Assembly: GCA_964016885.1 (NCBI GenBank)
Contig: OZ024740.1
Coordinates: 182,404,001-182,468,000, forward strand
Source: Eledone cirrhosa
Taxonomy: Eukaryota
Length of the DNA: 64,000 nucleotides
Direction of reading: 5' to 3'
This document shows, piece after piece, positions 60,847-64,000 of the stretch. A model generated the notes under the pieces. That model had not been told where the DNA came from. It saw only the letters and a list, made by a program, of their open reading frames with translations, and did not search any database. The number at the start of each line of letters is the position of its first letter. Position 1 is the stretch's first letter. A program made the translations under genes and the position numbers.

Positions 60847-63800
60847 CATCATCATCATCATCATCATCATCATCACCGTTTTACGTCCGTTCTTCCACGC
60901 TAGCATGGGTTAGACGGGTTGTCCTGTTGTGGGCAGTGTCTGGTCGGCTGACCATGCCTTGCTCATACAGGAACTGATTTGGCTTGATTTCTACAGCTGG
61001 ATGCCCTTCCTAATACCAACCTCATTTACAGTGAGTGCTGGGTGCTTTTTCGTGGCGCCTACACGTCCACTTTACAGTGTGGGCTGGGTGCTTTTTTGCC
61101 ATGGCACCTCCATGACCACCTTGCGGTGGGGGGTGTGGGGGCATATTGTCTATATGCTTCAGCTTGTAACCATGGGAGGTCGGGTACTCTGTATTACTGC
61201 GTGACACCAGAGGTCACGGTCGTGTGTCATTGCCTTTGAGAGGTGTAATTGGGTAAGGTCGGCTTTTATCACCTCATCACAGGTCATCTTGGGTCTCCCC
61301 ACTCCGCGGTTTCCATCAACTTCTAGTGCTCTGCACCTTTTTATGCAGCTGTCATCCTTCATACGCATCACATGTCCATACCAGCACAACCGCCTCTCCT
61401 GCACACAGCATTTGATTCCTCTTATGCTCAGTCTCTCTCTCAATTCATTTATGCTTTGTCGTTCACGTATATTACTGTTACACATCCATCGGAGCATGCA
61501 GGCTTCGTTTCTCTCTAATCTACGTAAGTCTTCCACCTTCAGCGCCCAGGTCTCACTACCATGCAACATTGCTGTTCAGATACACGCATCATACAGTCTG
61601 CCTTTCATTCTGAGGGAGAAGCCTTTTGCAGCTAGCAGTGGTAGTAGTTCCCTAAACTTCTTCCATCCTATTCTTACCCTAGTTATTGTACTTTCTGAAC
61701 ACCCTCCTCCGCTGCTAATTCGGTCACCTAGGTAGCAGAAGCTGTCTACTGTTTCTACAGAGCCCTCCCAGAGATTGGTGGTACTTGTTTCCTGTGGCTG
61801 TTTGCTGCTTGCTGTCCCAGCACAGCTGCTGCATGTGAAGCCTACATTCTTAATTAAGCTTCCTGAGATCCCGCTACATCTCTTGTGTACCCATTGTTTG
61901 CATTTGGGGCAGAGAATGGAGTTCCTACCTACACCTTTCCTACATACTGAGCAAGGCCATTTCCCTGAGGGGATCTGGGTTCTGTTTTCCCATCTACTTA
62001 CAAGGACCTTAGTCTTTGTCATGTTGACTTTGAGACCCTTTCTTTCAAGTCCCTGCTTCCAAGTTTGGAATTTATTCTCTAGTTCTACCATAGATTCAGC
62101 TATGAGTGCGAGGTCATCAGCATACAGGAGTTCCCATGGGCATCCGGTCTTAAACACCTCCGTTATTGCCTGCAGGACTATGATGAACAGGAGAGGGCTA
62201 AGAACAGAGCCCTGGTGGACCCCAACCTGTACGTTAAATTACTCGCTATACTCATTGCTAATCCTAACTTTGCTGACTGCTCCCCTATACATGGCTTATA
62301 CCGCTTTCACAAGCCATTCATCTACTCCTAGTTTTCTAAGAGCCCACCAGATTACAGCACGTGGAACTCTGTCAAAGGCTTTCTCAAGGTCGACAAATGC
62401 CAAGTAGAGTGGCTTACTTTTAGCTAGGTACTTTTCCTGTAACTGCCTCACAAGGAAGAGGGCATCAGTGGTGCCTCTTCCTGGTACAAACCCAAATTGC
62501 ATCTCGTCTATTTTCACCCGGTCCCTAATCAGCTGTGCTATAACTCTTTCTGTTGCTTTCATGACCTGGTCCATCAACTTTATACCTCTATAGTTTCCTC
62601 TATCTAGTGCATCGCCTTTACCTTTGTAGCAGTTGACAATGATGCTACTGCACCAATCTTTTGGTATGACACCTTCTAGTATTACCTGGTTAACAATACG
62701 TGTGGTTATAGTGTGACCTACAGACCCAGATGCCTTTAGCATCTCGGCAGCTATAGCTGATGGACCGGTTGCCTTCCCCATCTTCATATCTTTGATTGCC
62801 TTACTTACTACGTTGCTGCTGACTTGTACTGCTGGCCCCTCTATAGGGTCTACTTGGGGTAGGGTCTCTTCTTCCCATGCATTCTCCTCATTTAGTAATC
62901 TATCATAATGACTCTTCCATACATCTTTCTTCTCAGCACTTGTGAGGGCAAGCTCACCTTTATCATTCCGGATACACTTCTCTCCATTGACATCACAACT
63001 ATCTCTGACACACTGCCTCGCAATCTTGAATACCTCCTGTTTCTGGTCCTCACATTGCAAGACATGCTTGAATTTTCTATCCTCTGCTTCCCTCCTAGCT
63101 AAGTATACTTGTCGCCTAGCTTCCCTCTTGGTCTCTATGTAATGTACCCTGCTCCTCCCATTCTTCCATTCTTTCCATGCCTGTCTCTTGGCCTTAACTG
63201 CTTCATTTACCTTATTGTTCCACCACCAAGTCACTCTCCTCCTGCTTGAGGTCTTACTCCAGCCACAGACCTCATCCGTCGCCTCTAGTAAATTATTTTT
63301 TAGGAACTCCCAGTTCTCTTCTACATTAAATGTCTGTATCTGTTCTTCTTTACTGTCATAGGCGTTGAGTAAAATATCTTTAAATCTGTTACTGGTTGAG
63401 GGGACTTTCAGCTTCCAGATCTTTCTTCTCCAGGTTGGCCTCTGTTTCCGGGTTCGTCTAGTTCTGACCGTGAGGTCGCTGACAACTAAGCTATGTTGGG
63501 ATGTACATTCCTCACTGGGGAAGGCTTTTGTGTTGACGACTGTCCATCTTTCACGTCTCTGATGAGGATAAAATCTATCTGACTGGAGTGCTCCCCTGAT
63601 CTATAGGTGATCAGGTGGTTGTCGGGTTTTTTAAAGTTTGTGTTACATATCAACATGTCATTGGTGTCGCAGAATTCTAGAAGTCTGAATCCTTCCTCAT
63701 TTCTTGTGCCAACCCCATGGCCTCCATGTTCTCTATTGAAGCCGTCGCAGTGTTTACCTACGTGTCCGTTAAAATCTCCTGCGATGATTAGGAAGTCATT

Positions 63801-64000
63801 GTCGTCTGTTAGAGCAGTAGTGTGCATTAGGGACTCGTAAAACCTATCCTTAAGTTCGTCTGGCAGCCCCGATTGGGGTGCGTAAGCTGATATTATTGTG
63901 GTAATTGTTTTATTCAGGACTAGTCTGAGTTTAATGATTCTTGCATTTACCCTGTACACTGAGATTACTTTATCTACCCACTTGTCAGCTAGTAGTATAC
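60847..64000 (-). mobile_element. RTE-clade LINE, family A, copy 2 (continues past the window end)
   Basis: Colinear with 735-3765 at an offset of about 60126; (CAT)n at 60847-60874; APE motifs IISAYAPQSG and AGDFNGHVG. Confidence 0.95.
61159..64000 (-). pseudogene. Disrupted APE-RT ORF of RTE-A copy 2
   Basis: TAA at 62296-62298 and 62239-62241 (shared with copy 1), a private TGA at 61576-61578, and a private 1-bp deletion near 63557. Confidence 0.92.

Noticed and set aside
735-64000. The two RTE-A copies as ends of a 60-kb segmental duplication or giant LTR-like element
   Set aside because: Similarity stops at the (CAT)n tail, and copy 1 is 5'-truncated; the flanks are unrelated.

Overview
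AT-rich animal genomic DNA, most likely a cephalopod (octopus-like). That assignment is inferred from the repeat families and the (TA)n/(ATG)n microsatellite load, not from a database search. No host protein-coding exon could be supported, so the window looks intronic or intergenic and is dominated by transposons. Retroelements: two near-identical copies of one RTE LINE (735-3765 and 60847-64000, minus), at least three other RTE families, tRNA-derived SINEs of at least two types, a CR1-like fragment, and a nest of Penelope-like elements (PLEs) at about 39.0-44.7 kb. DNA transposons: a non-autonomous Helitron, a mariner relic and piggyBac-like MITEs. Main findings: (1) seven hammerhead-ribozyme motifs of four designs (canonical and variant cores) at PLE-type termini, one overlapped by an 88-bp fold-back that could mask it; (2) both large RTE copies share the same two in-frame stops and end in a SINE-shared 3' module carrying a relic of a second RTE terminus, suggesting a non-autonomous LINE-SINE chimeric lineage; (3) SINE copies that swapped 3' tails between RTE partners; (4) a PHD-type finger embedded in the RT region of two RTE families. 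All alignments were made by eye, so boundaries of degenerate elements may be off by tens of bp.
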